IMG/VR virus record: IMGVR_UViG_3300045988_059940 | Coordinates: 38,650 to 102,649 of that record | Source: a virus | Direction: 5' to 3' (one strand) | DNA: 64,000 nucleotides | Shown here: in pieces, positions 1-12,800 of the stretch | How positions within the stretch are numbered: the stretch's first letter is position 1 | Layout: every line of letters begins with the position of its first letter | Notes under the pieces: model-generated | The model's database searches: none | What the model was told of the DNA's origin: nothing | The model's input: the letters and a program-made list of their open reading frames with translations, nothing else | Position numbers and translations under genes: made by a program

Positions 1-1523
1 TACGCACCTACTGCTGCAATACCGTTGTTTTCCATCTCTGCGTCAGCTGCGTCACAATACAAAATACCGCAAGCCAGAGGGTTACGTACCATAATACCAC
101 TTTCACCTAAGAAGTGAACTTGGTAACCGTCGCGGCTATTAGAACGCATCGTGTTAATTGAATTGCCATAACCACTAGGTATAACTGAACCACCAGTACA
201 CCAGGTTACAAACTCACGTCCTTTACGACAAACCTTAACGACGTTAGATTGTCCATCACGCATACCGAAATCTACAAACAAGAACGTATAAGACATAAGT
301 GGTTTGCCAGTCAGAGGATGAAGTTGACGGAACATTTCTGCATTGTCAAACATAGCACAGCGTTTCAATGTTAACTCAATACCGTTGGTCATCTTATAGG
401 TAGTAAACTGACCACCAAGCGTAAGTTCTTGACCAGAACCAGTAATAAACTTAGTATCAATGAGGTTGAAGCTAGCAACTTTTTCCTTCAATACACGGTC
501 GAACTCACGAAGTCCCATCTCTCCTGTAATACCAACAAACTTACGTTCGTTTGTACCAAGCATATTGTAGCTTAGGTCGAACAGATAATCTTCCAGCAAT
601 TCTGACGTAAGAGTAGTGTAATAACGTACGTTAGCAGGAGAAATCTGAGCAAACAAACCAGCACTGATATTTACAGGACGTCCGTTTGTACCTTTTAACG
701 TATAAGTACCGTCTGCATTACGGTTAGGTTTAGCAAACAGAAGCTTCATTTCTTCCCTCTTCTTCCATTCACGAAGGGCCTTCCAGTGTTGATAATCAGC
801 CCACAAATAACTCTTCTTACCAGTTTCTGGGTCAGTTAGAGCGATTGCTAATACGGTAGAATATGCATCACCAGTAATATCATAAGACAGACGTGAAATA
901 GAAAGCGAGTTACGCATCTTAAATGGCGTCTGATAGTTGATGATGTCAGCCTCATCTGAGTACTCTTCGTAAGCACTACCAATACGGCTTACTTGACGAC
1001 CAGGTAAAAGGTATTCGTTTGGAATATATGCACCAGCATAGTTATCTACAACATAGCATTCATAAACCCAAGCGTTACCATCCTGATAGGGAACACCGTT
1101 TGCACGTACTTGGAAATTATAGTTATCAAATGCCAATAGTGCACCAGGACCGAAGAAACGCTCTTCTATACCGAGATAAATAGGAGCACCATTCATACCA
1201 GCGAACCTATTTGCGTTATTATCGTCGCCAACGCGCTTACCACCAGCCTTAGCCCAAAGGATATTAACAGCATGGTCTGCATCAATTTGTACTGACCACT
1301 CATATTCACTGTTATCAATCGTCATAGTCTTACCAAGACCGCCAGTAAGCATGTCAATTACGGTAGATACGCCGTCGTCCTTTGTACCAAATACCAGTGA
1401 AAGAAGACCAGCAATCTCATGAGGTTTAGTTAATGCGGCGTTAGAAATCATATTTTCGTCTACAAGACCTGCAAAGCGCTTACCGCGATACAGTTGTAGA
1501 CCATTAAGTAATGTGTTATTCAT
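1..1523 (-). CDS. Major capsid protein (HK97-fold type); the N-terminal 507 codons are in the window and the 3' end runs off the left edge
   Basis: Hand translation from ATG 1523..1521 (MNNTLLNGLQLYRGKRFAGLVDEN...) stays open to position 1 with no stop of any kind. It is missing from the ORF track only because no stop lies in the window. It is the last gene of the TerL-portal-scaffold-capsid module. Confidence 0.7.
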   Translation of the reverse strand, partial: MNNTLLNGLQLYRGKRFAGLVDENMISNAALTKPHEIAGLLSLVFGTKDDGVSTVIDMLTGGLGKTMTIDNSEYEWSVQIDADHAVNILWAKAGGKRVGDDNNANRFAGMNGAPIYLGIEERFFGPGALLAFDNYNFQVRANGVPYQDGNAWVYECYVVDNYAGAYIPNEYLLPGRQVSRIGSAYEEYSDEADIINYQTPFKMRNSLSISRLSYDITGDAYSTVLAIALTDPETGKKSYLWADYQHWKALREWKKREEMKLLFAKPNRNADGTYTLKGTNGRPVNISAGLFAQISPANVRYYTTLTSELLEDYLFDLSYNMLGTNERKFVGITGEMGLREFDRVLKEKVASFNLIDTKFITGSGQELTLGGQFTTYKMTNGIELTLKRCAMFDNAEMFRQLHPLTGKPLMSYTFLFVDFGMRDGQSNVVKVCRKGREFVTWCTGGSVIPSGYGNSINTMRSNSRDGYQVHFLGESGIMVRNPLACGILYCDAADAEMENNGIAAVGA

Positions 1524-1545
1524 ATATTGTTATAAATTATATTAA

Positions 1546-2664
1546 TTAGTACATACCTGTCAACAGGTCTGTAACTGATTTTTCTTTACTTGTTGCACTC
1601 TGCGAAGTGTGATTTTTAGCAGAGTTTCTTAAAAGTTTTCTAAGTTTCTCAGCAGCAGACGTTTCGCCAGTCTTTTTTGCTGTTGAAACTACGGCATCAC
1701 CTTTCATAGTAAAGTAAGCAGATTCGATTAGGTTCTTTGCTAGATTAGAATCAAAGTCCTTCTGGTATTGTGTATAACCATCTTTATCTGTCTTGAAAAT
1801 ATAATCATACAAAGCTTTGCGGTCTGCTTTTGGGATAGCAATGCCACGAATTGAATCTAAACTATTAATACTATCTGTTACAGATTTCATAAATTGCTGT
1901 TGTTGAGCCTCTTGTTGTCTAGCCAACTCTGCCTGTTGCTTAGCATTTGCTTCTGCTTCATTCTTACGAATTTCTTTAAGCATCTCCAAAGCGTCTTCCG
2001 ACTCTTCGTATAATACGCCAGCATCTTCATATCTAGCAATCTTGTTATTAATCTGTTCATCTGTGTAGCCGTTGTGACGAAGCAAATCACCAATTACAGT
2101 ACGTTGATTGGATTCTGATTCCAAATCAATGTTATCAAGAGTAAGTGCTTGTTTTTGTACTTGATAGAAATCTTCAAACTTACCACCATTCTTTACAAAC
2201 TCATCTAACTTCTATATCCTATCATCTGCATACTGTGGAACTGAGTTCTACTGTACAACATCTGTAAGGTACTTAGTTAGACCATCTACTGTAAGTGGTC
2301 TTTCTTCATCACTAATGTCTGCTATATTCCAACCTAATGATTCAGCAACAGCATCGAACAAAACACCAACTTGTTGTGCCTCAGCAACATCTTCATCAGT
2401 TGGTTCATTTTCATCGACGTCTTGTGTATCTTCTTTATCATCAGATTGTTCTTTGTCAGCAGGCTCTGTGTCTGCTGCTTGATTTATATCATTATCTTCC
2501 TCATCAGGTTCATCGCCTTCTGGTTCTTTAATTTCTGTTACTTCGTCCTCAACCACAATATCTTCATCCAAGTTAGTAGCACTAGTATCTCCTTCTGAAT
2601 TACCGTACATGCTTAACAGGTCATCAAATGTGGATGGATTAGTTTCTTGTTTACGTTTTGCCAT
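1546..2664 (-). CDS. Acidic, coiled-coil head scaffolding-like protein (372 codons, 2 in-frame TAG)
   Basis: Track ORFs 2248..2664 and 1546..2124 share one frame. The only in-frame stops between them are TAG (2248-2250, 2212-2214), and the true stop is TAA at 1546-1548. It has a D/E-rich N-terminal half, a Q/A/E-rich helical segment, and sits just upstream of the capsid gene. Confidence 0.6.
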
Positions 2665-2713
2665 AATTATTAATTAATAATTAAATTATTTGTTTCGCTG
2701 TTTAATCAGCGTA

Positions 2714-3349
2714 TTACCATTCAGTATAATCATAAGGTCGCCTTAGAGTTGTAGGGACACCTTTTTTGGTTTTACCATACAACTAATCACGCATACCTTT
2801 CAATACTTTTTTCATATCTGGAACACCTTTTGTTTTGGCGTTCTTTGGATTTAGCTTCCATTTACTCATTGCAGCATCTATGCTCTTCATGTTAGCCATA
2901 CGATTACTATATGTGTCATATGAAGATTCATAGTATCCTGCGTCTTTTAGTATTCTGGCTGCTTTTCTTGGGTCTGTTTCGTCTAGTACATTATTGTACT
3001 TTTTATCCATTAAGAGATTGTCGCTAATGTAATAGTTAGCAAAGTCTTGTTCGTTTTTAAATTGTTTGTATTGATTAATATTTGGACTAACAATACCTCC
3101 ATAATTGTGTAGATTTCTAGCAATAGGAGATGTACCATTTAATGACTCCAATGCAGTTTGACGCATAGCATTATCTAGCCAATCTAGTTTTCCGACTTCT
3201 TGCAATCTGTCATATAATGCTGGTGCCATCTTTTCAACATATTCATCGTACTAGTCTTTGCCTCCTGCATAATTACGAATATCCCAATAGTTTTCACCAT
3301 TCTTCCAACGGTCAAATCTTTCTTGAAAAGACTTAGTATTATATCTCAT
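2714..3349 (-). CDS. Hypothetical head-module protein (211 codons, 2 in-frame TAG)
   Basis: ATG at 3349 lies 2 nt after the portal TGA. It is in frame with track ORF 2783..3229. TAG occurs at 3251-3253 and 2783-2785, and the terminal stop is TAA at 2714-2716. Confidence 0.6.
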
Positions 3350-3351
3350 AA

Positions 3352-5835
3352 TCAATTCTCCCCAGGAACTTTATTTTTTATAGCCACCTTAGCTTTAAGT
3401 CTTTCACGTTCAAGAGCAGCATCATCTTTTTGCTTTTGTAGCTCCATTTCATGGTTCATGCGCTTCTTTTCCAAGTCAATCTTAGCATCTTCTATTTCAC
3501 GCTTTTGACGTGCTTCATAGCGTTTCTAATAAGCATCTTGGTCAATCTTACGCAGCTGCGTAGCTTCTCTTGCCATCTCTAATGGGTCTGGAATACCGTT
3601 CATATCAATATCCTTATTCTCAGTACCACGATATGTACTAATCTCAGCAACTGCAATCTTAGTTTGATTATCAGCATCAATACGATAGCGTTCAAGGTCC
3701 ATTTCAGCCTCTTTTAGCATAAGTTCTTGTTGCTTAGCTTCATTCTACATTTGTTGTAATTGCATTTGAGCTTGTTGTTCTTGTTGTTGCTGCTGTTGTT
3801 GTAATTGCTCTTGACGAGTTTGCATATCTTGCAGTTTCTGCTTAATGATATTGAAGTTATCACTGGTAAGTAATTCCGCTGCTTCAAGTAAGCTAGCGCC
3901 ATTTTGCATAGCAGGTTGTATAAGCTGTTGAAGTTTTTGTATATTCTCCAAATCCTTAGAAGCATCACTTACAAATACATCCATATCTTCATAATAGAAC
4001 TTCTGTGATATATTTAAGAATGCCCTTTCACCATTATCGAATACATATGAAAGCTTTTGTTTTCCTGAGTCTTGCCAAGCACCTTTGGCTGTATTTAGCA
4101 GCATGTTTAATACTCTGCGCTTACATTGATTGTGTACCCAGAATAAAGGCTCTGTAATATGTGAAGATTGTACAACAGAACGCTCTACATTACCAACAAG
4201 TTCAGATGAACTAATTGCACCTTGACGTTGTTCTGTAATACCAGATATAGTACCTGCAAGCTGTTCAATCTTATCCATTAATTGAATATATTCAGATATG
4301 ACATTACTCATTGTTAAGTCAAGAGCTGTAATCTAATTGAACTGAGCAGGTTTTCCACCTTCTCTCCCTGGCACATTCCAACCTTCGTCATATGGATTAA
4401 TGAAGTTTACACCAACACTCGATAGATAGTGCATCCAACGTTCTGGTGTAATATTCATAGACTTAGGTATCTATGTAATGTCCATATTTACAACCTTACC
4501 TTTATCTCTTGCAATAGCCAACTCCAACCTATACCACAATACAATATACATGTATTGTAGAGGTTTAAGGATACTAACCAAAGACCTGGGCCTACTATTA
4601 GTATTGCTGTATACACAACCACAATATGGAAGCTTTTGTGAATTAGGATTATCAAGACTTACAAATTGATACTCTATTGGTTGTATACCGAAGTATAAGT
4701 CATTTCCTGCTTTATATCCTTCCCAGACCTCTATAATCCAGTCTGGTTCTACTGCTAGTTCTGTACCTACCTTCTTGTATGTCTCATCACATATATTGAT
4801 TTGTGGTTCACCATTTTCGTCCATCGTGGTCACATAGAATATCTTCTTGAAAGATTTCCAGCAACAGTGATATACATCTACATGGTGTTTAGAGTTCATG
4901 TCTCCACCGTCTGAAAGGTCAATAGAACGCATTCTAATGCCCTAGAACGTATCAACACCATCCTTCTCGATGTTATCTACACCAGGTGCACCAGAGAGCA
5001 TCTCATTGAGTTTATTTAGCTCTTTTTCACTAAGTTTATCATAATACCTATCATACACCTCTTGTATAGGTAATTTCATCTTACGAACACACCAAGAACC
5101 ATCTTCTATAAACTCTAAATCTGGACTCTTATCATAATTAAAGTATAAAGGATTTACACGTTCTGCATAAGGGTCACCATTTTGTACACCAACATAATAT
5201 ACTTCTGTACCACTAATTAGACCGTCTTTCCAACCTTTAATAAATTCGTTAGCTAAACCTAGTTTTTCTTTTAAGTACTCCAATGTGTGGTATGCTGTGT
5301 TTTCTATAATATCTTTGTAGTCCTTATCCATATATTTAGCAATAGCTTCTGGTGGCATTATCTCCCCAGATTGCAGTTGTTGTTCAAACTGCTACTGCTC
5401 TTCTGGACTCATTTTTGATTTTATTGATGCCATTATATACTACATCAACATATCCTTTTCTTTGTCTTGCAGCTCTGATACAGCATCCTGTGATGTACGT
5501 ATAACTCTAAAATTCATTGGTCGTTTTGTTTCTTCACCAATTAATAAGTCTATCTTTGGACGTACTATATTAAAGTCCTGTGGAGTAGCAGGAAATCCAT
5601 CATCTACCTTAAATGGATTGGTTATACGTTTAAAGTCGTCCTCATTGAACACACTATTGTATAAATCATAGTATGTTTGCATTTCACTAACATTACTACC
5701 TTTAACTAGTGCTGAATTACTTTTTGATTCGCCTATGATATAATCGACACACTTATGTTGCCAATCCTTATCTTTCTTTGTAAGTGGTAGTTTTTGTTGC
5801 GGAAACGAAGAAGTATGTAAATTACTATCTATCAT
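3352..5835 (-). CDS. Portal protein (827 codons, 7 in-frame TAG)
   Basis: Track ORFs 5440..5835, 4942..5358, 4471..4932, 3745..4311 and 3526..3720 are all in one frame. They are joined by TAG only (5440, 5392, 4942, 4471, 4333, 3745, 3526), with a terminal TGA at 3352-3354. The start lies 5 nt after the TerL stop, and the size and position are typical of a portal. Confidence 0.6.
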
Positions 5836-5839
5836 ATCG

Positions 5840-6480
5840 TTAAAGTGTAAATGTCGGTATGTCGTCCTATTCTGTCACATCGTTGTCCCAGTAATTATTA
5901 CTAAACAATGGCGTTTCAAATAGTTCGACTTGTTTGTTTTTATCTTTATGTGCTTGTGTTTTTATCTGATATAACTCTTCTCTATATATCATTACCATAC
6001 ACAAAGCAATTACTCTATCGACGTTTCTTATTCCGTCATTTTCAATCAGCTCCTCTAATAGAGGTTCGCTGTATATTCGTTCTAAGTTTAGTCGTCCTGG
6101 TTCATATTCATCCATTAACCATTCTAATATTAGACCTTCTCCATACGCTCGTATTGATTTGGTCATATGACAACCTTTTCTTCTTTGTACCTTAGAATCT
6201 TTAAATATCTCTGAGATTACTTTGTCTGGCTAATCAGCCAATAAGTAATCACAGTGTTTATTGGTGAAATAAGGATAAATTCCTTTACGTTCATTTTCAA
6301 ATAATAGTCTAGCATTATAGAACAACAATAACTTTCTTACGTTCTCATAATACTCTTCTGCTGTATCTGGTCTACCAGAATACTCAGCTACTATTACGTC
6401 ATTCCAAGCTTCACCTGCTTGCACGCGTTTAAATATAAATGTAGAGCCTAACGAATTAGTAAAGCTCTCATCGTGGTCAT
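5840..6480 (-). CDS. terL: Terminase large subunit, exon 2 (nuclease domain C-terminal part)
   Basis: This frame continues ...DHDESFTNSLGSTFIFKRVQAGEAWNDVIVAEYSGRPD... through TAG at 6230 and 5867 to TAA at 5840-5842. It joins exon 1 in frame once 6481-6719 is removed. Confidence 0.8.
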
Positions 6481-6719
6481 CAGTTTGTTATCGTACAGCT
6501 TTTTATCTGTACTTCTATATGTTTCCATATAGCCCAGCATACATTATTACTTTGATAGTATCGGGCACTCGTGGCAAGATTATATTTATTCACTTGCTAT
6601 GCGTTACGGTGACCTATAACCTTTCGTAATTTATAGGTTTACCACGGTGTTTCCACATATATTGATTATATAAGGTGTCCTCCGTATTTGCCCGATTTTA
6701 GACCCGCTGACTTACGCGT
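6481..6719 (-). other. Group I self-splicing intron (ORF-less, 239 nt) inside terL
   Basis: P1 pairs exon GACCCGU (6726-6720) with intron GCGGGUC (6707-6701), with a U.G wobble at the splice site. P10 pairs exon 2 UGAC (6479-6476) with GUCA (6711-6708). The intron ends in G (6481). P3 pairs AUCGGGCA (6696-6689) with UGCCCGAU (6567-6560). There is also a GAAA-capped hairpin at 6515-6532 and a hairpin at 6493-6512. Confidence 0.75.
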
Positions 6720-8136
6720 ACGGGTCGCACCCCCCTACATATAATCCATAAGGAGGGTCTTTAACTGGATATTCCCAGATTACAATAGAGCCATGAGGTT
6801 TATCATCTTTTTTTAAATGATATGTTGTAATATCACCAGACTTTTTCTCTGTTGCTACAACATTACCATTCTCAAACCTAAGGTCTACTATATGTTTCAT
6901 ATTCCTAAGCTTTTCGTTTGTTCTAATTCTGGTTAGTTGATTCATCAATAACTTTCTAGGGAATATGTTTTTTCCAAGTTCTAATACAGCTTCTTGTGGT
7001 TTCAAAGGACGTTCTGATACAAATCTGTCAATAGAAGTCTAACTGGCACCACCATCTTTAATAATGTTACGTTGTTTTATTAATTCTTCTATTGCTTTCT
7101 CTTTCATTGAGTTTCCATCTTTGTCCATATATATAGGGTTTCCATTTTCATCAGAACCCTCCATATTAGACCAAGCTGGAACAAAGAACCCACATTTTTT
7201 ATCGGTCTATCCGTCATCCCATATGTTTTCAAATCCTAATACATTAAATGCGTCTGGATTGTAGAATATGTTCTTCAAACCATCAAATGAGCCACCTTCT
7301 GTACCACCTGTTCCAAATAGACACAGAAGACCGAAAGCAACACCATCGTCAGTTTCCACAGCTGGTTGTTCAACACGCCAAGCTGTTTCTAGATTAGGAA
7401 ACTTACCACCTTCTTCAAATAGTACTAATTTACCACGAGTACCACGAAGACGTTCTGGGTCATTCTTCAATGTAATTCCAGTAATGCTTGATAAATAACC
7501 CTGTTCAGTCTATTTACCAAATTCATCGGTTACCTTAAAACCAGCAACACGTTCCATACGAGTACTTGTAAGACGCTGTTTAGACCAGTCTGTATGTTTA
7601 TCCACAAAGTCCATTATCTACCAGGCTTTGGTTAATATACCATCACCGATTAAGAATTTTTGTTCTGATGCTACTGCGAAGTTTTTAGAGCCTGGTATCA
7701 ATTCATAGTTGCGCACTAGCATTGATGCACCTTTAAAACTATATCCTCTCTGCCTACATTTTAATGTAGCCATATGTTTACCTTGCTCTTCCGCTTCTTC
7801 TATTGCATGATAGTAGTAGTAATCGTAATCCCAAAATCTAGGGAAACCAAATATACGCTCACGTCTTGTACGTTTTGCACCATATCTGTCTGTATACTCT
7901 ACTTCTTGCAGTTTCATAATTGGGCTATAATTCAAATAAAAGTAATGATAACCAGTTATAGCATCTCCATCGGGAGCTACATACCCATTTATACATCTGT
8001 CAGTCTCTCTGTCCCAATATGAATTATAGTCAGTAGTACCTCTTGGTGCAAGAGTATAACAACCATGTTCCTAAAAAAATATTGCGGCTTCACGGAATTT
8101 ATCTGAGTTTATCACTCTCTTATTAAAATCAACCAT
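6720..8136 (-). CDS. terL: Terminase large subunit, exon 1 (ATPase plus start of the nuclease domain)
   Basis: The gene starts at ATG 8136. Track ORFs 7618..7935, 7207..7470 and 6712..7005 are in one frame and are joined only by TAG (8071, 7618, 7510, 7207, 7039). The exon ends ...LYVGGCDPY. The two exons together are 2058 nt, or 685 aa. Confidence 0.8.
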
Positions 8137-8138
8137 AA

Positions 8139-8657
8139 TTAATTAGGTATTTCAAATCGACCTATAATACCACCACCTTTAACCTTACCAGATTCCATTT
8201 GTTCAGCTTTTGCTTGTTTCATTGCTATATCTAACGATTTAACAACAGAACTAACATCTTTTAATATTCTGGTTATTTTGAGCGCAGTATCTATGTCCAT
8301 GTTTCCTTCTGAATATTGATTCAGAGTTTCTATCAACCCTTCTGCTGCTGACTGTGAAGAAGCTAGCAATCTGGTACTAGGAGTCTATTGAAACTCCTAG
8401 AACCTTTTTGCTAATTCTTTTACAGATACAGAAGGAATATAATTCTCATCTTTAAATACATCTTTTGCTACAATTGAAGCCCTTTCCTTCTCTGGATACG
8501 CTTCATATGGCGTATTCCATTTATATAACCATACGATGTATTCTATTTCCTTCAACGCCTATTCTTTATCTTTGGCAGTATTGTAATGTTCCTTAAATGG
8601 CGGTACTGCTAAGTCTTCGGTGTTGAGTTTTATTTTACTTCCTTGTATATCAAACAT
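8139..8657 (-). CDS. Hypothetical protein upstream of terL (172 codons, 3 in-frame TAG); its position would fit a small terminase subunit
   Basis: The gene runs from ATG 8657 to TAA 8139-8141, with in-frame TAG at 8559, 8397 and 8385 and no TAA or TGA. It contains track ORF 8139..8369. Confidence 0.55.
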
Positions 8658-8668
8658 ATTTAATTATA

Positions 8669-9898
8669 TTATGCTACTACTGTACCATTGGCGTCAACCC
8701 ATTTGTTATCTTTACCAAACCAGAGCGGTTTATTCTTTACTGTATCAAAGAACATTTGACCAAGTACTGGATTTGCTGGTCTAGTTGCAGCAGGAGTTTG
8801 TGGCAATACATCTTGTACTTTCCTACCATCAGCCAAATACATATCTCCGTTCACCCTAATATCTAATGCATTACTTCTTACTGTATCAGACTATCCATTA
8901 CCTATTGTAAATAACGAAGACTATTTAGCTTGATTTGCATCTTTTACAATAGTACTATAAGAACCATCCCCAACTGTATTTGAAAACGCGCCGAATACAG
9001 CTGCATAATCTACATTAGATTTATTATTATTTCCAGTTATAAACTAAGCGTTTTTGTAAGACTTATTCTTTGCACCAGATATAAAAGACCCATTGGCGTT
9101 TGCGCCTATGTAGTTAGAAAATCCAAATGTTGCTGAATATTTTGTTTTTTCTGCAATATTCTATGTACCAACCGCAATACTATTTGTATAGTTTCCACGA
9201 TTCTCACCAGCAAGTATTGAACATTTACCATCATTGCTAGTTGTAAACATAGAAATAATGCCAGGTTTTGTTAATCCGCATTCTATTGCATTTGTGATTA
9301 TGACCTTATTGTCGGAATTAACATCAAATATTACTTTCTTTAATGTAGATTTTGAAAATTTTTCACCTTCTAGTTTTAATCCGTTGGCGTATTTTCCAAC
9401 AATCATATATACATCGTAAGACTTTAAATATGTATATGACGAACTTGTACTATCATACGCAGTGACCGCGATGTCACCATTTACAGACTTTATTTTAAAT
9501 ATATATGCATTTGCTATTATTAAATTCTGTTCACCTTTATTTAGAATGCCGAATCCGCAAAGTATAGATGTATTGCCCAAAGATGCAATATTATATCCAG
9601 AAATAATATCCGATGGACCAGAATATACATTGTGGTTTGACTTTATTGTAGTTAGTGTTATTGCTGTATTATTTATATTTTCTGTCTTATTGTCTGCGGA
9701 ATAAGATGGCGATATAACACTATCTACTAATGAATTAGATGTTCCACCAACAATATTTAAAGATTTTACTTCATTTGCATCCAATATTGTACCTGGTTCA
9801 AAACCATTTTTTATATCACCCAAAACTATCTATGGTGTAACGGCATACTTTAATCCTCCACCCTAAATAGTTGTACCATTTAATTTTACTGTTTCCAT
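8669..9898 (-). CDS. Tail fibre-like protein (409 codons, 6 in-frame TAG)
   Basis: ATG 9898 overlaps the TAA of the giant gene (TAATG). Track ORFs 9161..9823 and 8669..8854 share its frame. TAG occurs at 9863, 9830, 9161, 9044, 8921 and 8891. The C-terminus reads ...GQMFFDTVKNKPLWFGKDNKWVDANGTVVA. Confidence 0.7.
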
Positions 9899-12800
9899 TA
9901 ATTATAATAGTTTTTAGTTGTATTATTATCTAATAGAGTTTTTGGATTTTCATGTATAGCATTTGCACCATAGTTCATAAATACTTCTCCATACTCTAAT
10001 TTATTATGTCCAGCTGAAACATATCTATTTGGTGTAAATACCTATGCAAACTTAACCTTTCCTGGACTTACAAATAGTGTACTACCACAGAAAGCACCTC
10101 TTATATAAGATAATTGATTAAATCCGTAGAATACGCCACTTATCTATACTGGTTGAGATGAGTTGCCCGTAACATAATGACAATATGCAAATGCAAACCC
10201 TATGTCTCCTAATACAGACTTATTTATATCCTATATAGCAGAAAGATTAGTTCCTAGATACAATGTTATACCATTAAATGTATTTCTAAGAGTTGTTATA
10301 TTAGGACAGTATTTAAACAAGCTCTTTGGTATTGTGTAATTTGTAGTACCGTCTAATAAAGTATATGTAGACAAATATGTACAATTATAAAACATTCCAG
10401 TTATATTTTTTGTATAACCATTAAATGGTAACAATAATACTGGTGGAATACGTCCGAATAATCCGCCTCTATCTTGAACATTATAACCACATCCACAACC
10501 GTAAAATATATTCTATATCTCAGCATCACCATTACAATATCTAAATAAATCTGGTGCGCAACAATAGTTTAGTGTACCACTTAATATAGTATTATCTCTT
10601 GTGATTACAGAAGATACTAAGTTCTCATCGTGTTCATCATCTCCATCATGTACCCCAGTCTTCTTATGTACACCATCATAACTCCACATTATTGTGTTGT
10701 TTACAGTATCAGGTTGAGCTTTCTAGAATTTACCATTTATAAATAATATGTTGTATGGTTGATATGTATGGTTTTGAATTTCCTCTGGACTGTTATTAAC
10801 ATAAGGTTGTATATAATTGTACTAAAATAGATTATTAGTAAAGTTTATCTTTGAGTTTGGTTTCTTTGTAGTAATTGTAGTTTTAAAATATACAACACCT
10901 TCTGGGTTCTATATTACCGTACCATCTTTACTCCACTCTATTGTTTCGCCTGTCTATTTATATTTAAATATATCACCGTTCTTATGTGTTATTGTCACAG
11001 TTGTTGTTGAAACACCATTTGATGTAGATGTTTCTGATTCAATTTTACCATCAACTATTCCATAATATGTCTATGTAACATCCGTTTCACCGTGATATAA
11101 TAACTTATACGGTATATGACTTTTTATCCGCTCTTGATATGAAGAATTTGCAAACAAATAAGATACCTAATTTAATGAAGTACAATTTGCAAACGAGTTC
11201 CCAGTAAGCTTATAATCAAACTTTAAATCTGAGAACAAACCATATACATCGGTTAACTATGGATTGTTTATAAATAAATTACCAGGTAACTCTGGAATAG
11301 ATATTAGATTTTCTGCTGTTGAATTACTGAACAAATATCGTACAACACTTAACTTTTTACAATCTTTAAATATATTTTCTGGAAAACCTCCAACAATACG
11401 CTTTTTATAGCCATATCCAAACATTGTTATATTGTTGATAGTGCTTCTATTATTAAAATGCGTAAGGTTGGTAAAACCTTCAAATAACTGATTTGTAATT
11501 GGGAAATCAACAGATGTTGTACCTTTGCTTAAGCATGCAAATGCAGATATAACTGATACATGTTGTGGATGCTTGAACATATTCTTAAAAGATATGGTTC
11601 CTTTTCCATAACTTGAAATAAAAGCATCAGATACAGAATTTACTGGATTTTCAAAAGTTATTGTATCATAATCTATAAAACATGCGTTAAAGCAACTAGT
11701 ATAATTCTTTGTTAATAAATTCTTGGTAAACATTGTAAGATTTCCTCTATCAGCACCGCCAGTTTTTGATAATTCTAAATCTCCATTGGCGTATTTATTA
11801 TCAAAGTCTACAAATCCTGCATTGTTTACATCTTCAACGATGATTGAATTTTTATGATTAAAAAATCCAGTAAATGAATTTATTTTATAATTCTTAGATG
11901 AATGTCTAAACATAAATCTATCGAACATGCCGTGGAATCCATTTGCCCAACAATCTATATTTGTCAAACTATCTATAAGTGGACTAAACAGACCGTTGTC
12001 TTTCGTAACATTGTTTTCATCGTGTTCTGGTGAGAATATTCTAATGTTTTTATAACATCCCCATAGAATATCACGAATATCCCAAACGCCAGTTGCGAAA
12101 TGATACATATAACGATTTGGACTATTATCCACAGTAGCTGTACGTTCAAAGTTTACCTTTGACTAAAAGAACATACCACGTAAACTCTTCATCTGTCCTA
12201 AGTTTGATAATGCGTAGTATACATCAAATACTGTACATGCGGTTTCTCTAAACATATAATCACACACAGCAGTTCCAAATGTTATATTAGTTACACCATC
12301 ACCACTTTGCCACGGCATCTTCCAATTCAATGGAGGCTGTTTACCTTTACTATCTGGATTAGTTATTTCGTATGGCATAAGAACTCTACCGTCTGTGTCT
12401 ACAACAGATTTGTTCATAAATTTAACAGTAGATACATCTGAACCATGTAGTGAGAATTTATTCAGCAGATAAAACGTTCTTGTTGATGCAATTACTATAT
12501 TACCATATAAACGCTTTAAATTGGCACAGCCTTGGAATTGCTAAGTTAAAGTAATAGGTTTATCTTTATCATTAGCAAACTGTATGTATTCTACTGTACT
12601 ATTTTGGCTAATATTGAATGTTTGTAAACCTGTAAACTTACTAAGATTTAATATATCTTTGCTAGATGGACTTCCTTTTATTGCACTACCGTTCAAGTAT
12701 AAGTTTTCAACGTTAGCTTCATTACAGTTGTCGATAGTAACATAATTCAACTTAGAATTTGAAGATAAATCTATACTGGTAAGTGCTCGCAAATCAGATA

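Noticed and set aside
1887-2598. Track ORFs 1887..2093 (-), 2337..2531 (+) and 2371..2598 (+), which overlap the scaffold-like gene
   Set aside because: These are frame-shifted or antisense shadow ORFs inside a clearly coding gene. Their low-complexity composition (runs of L/F/I or H/Q) mirrors the acidic sense strand.
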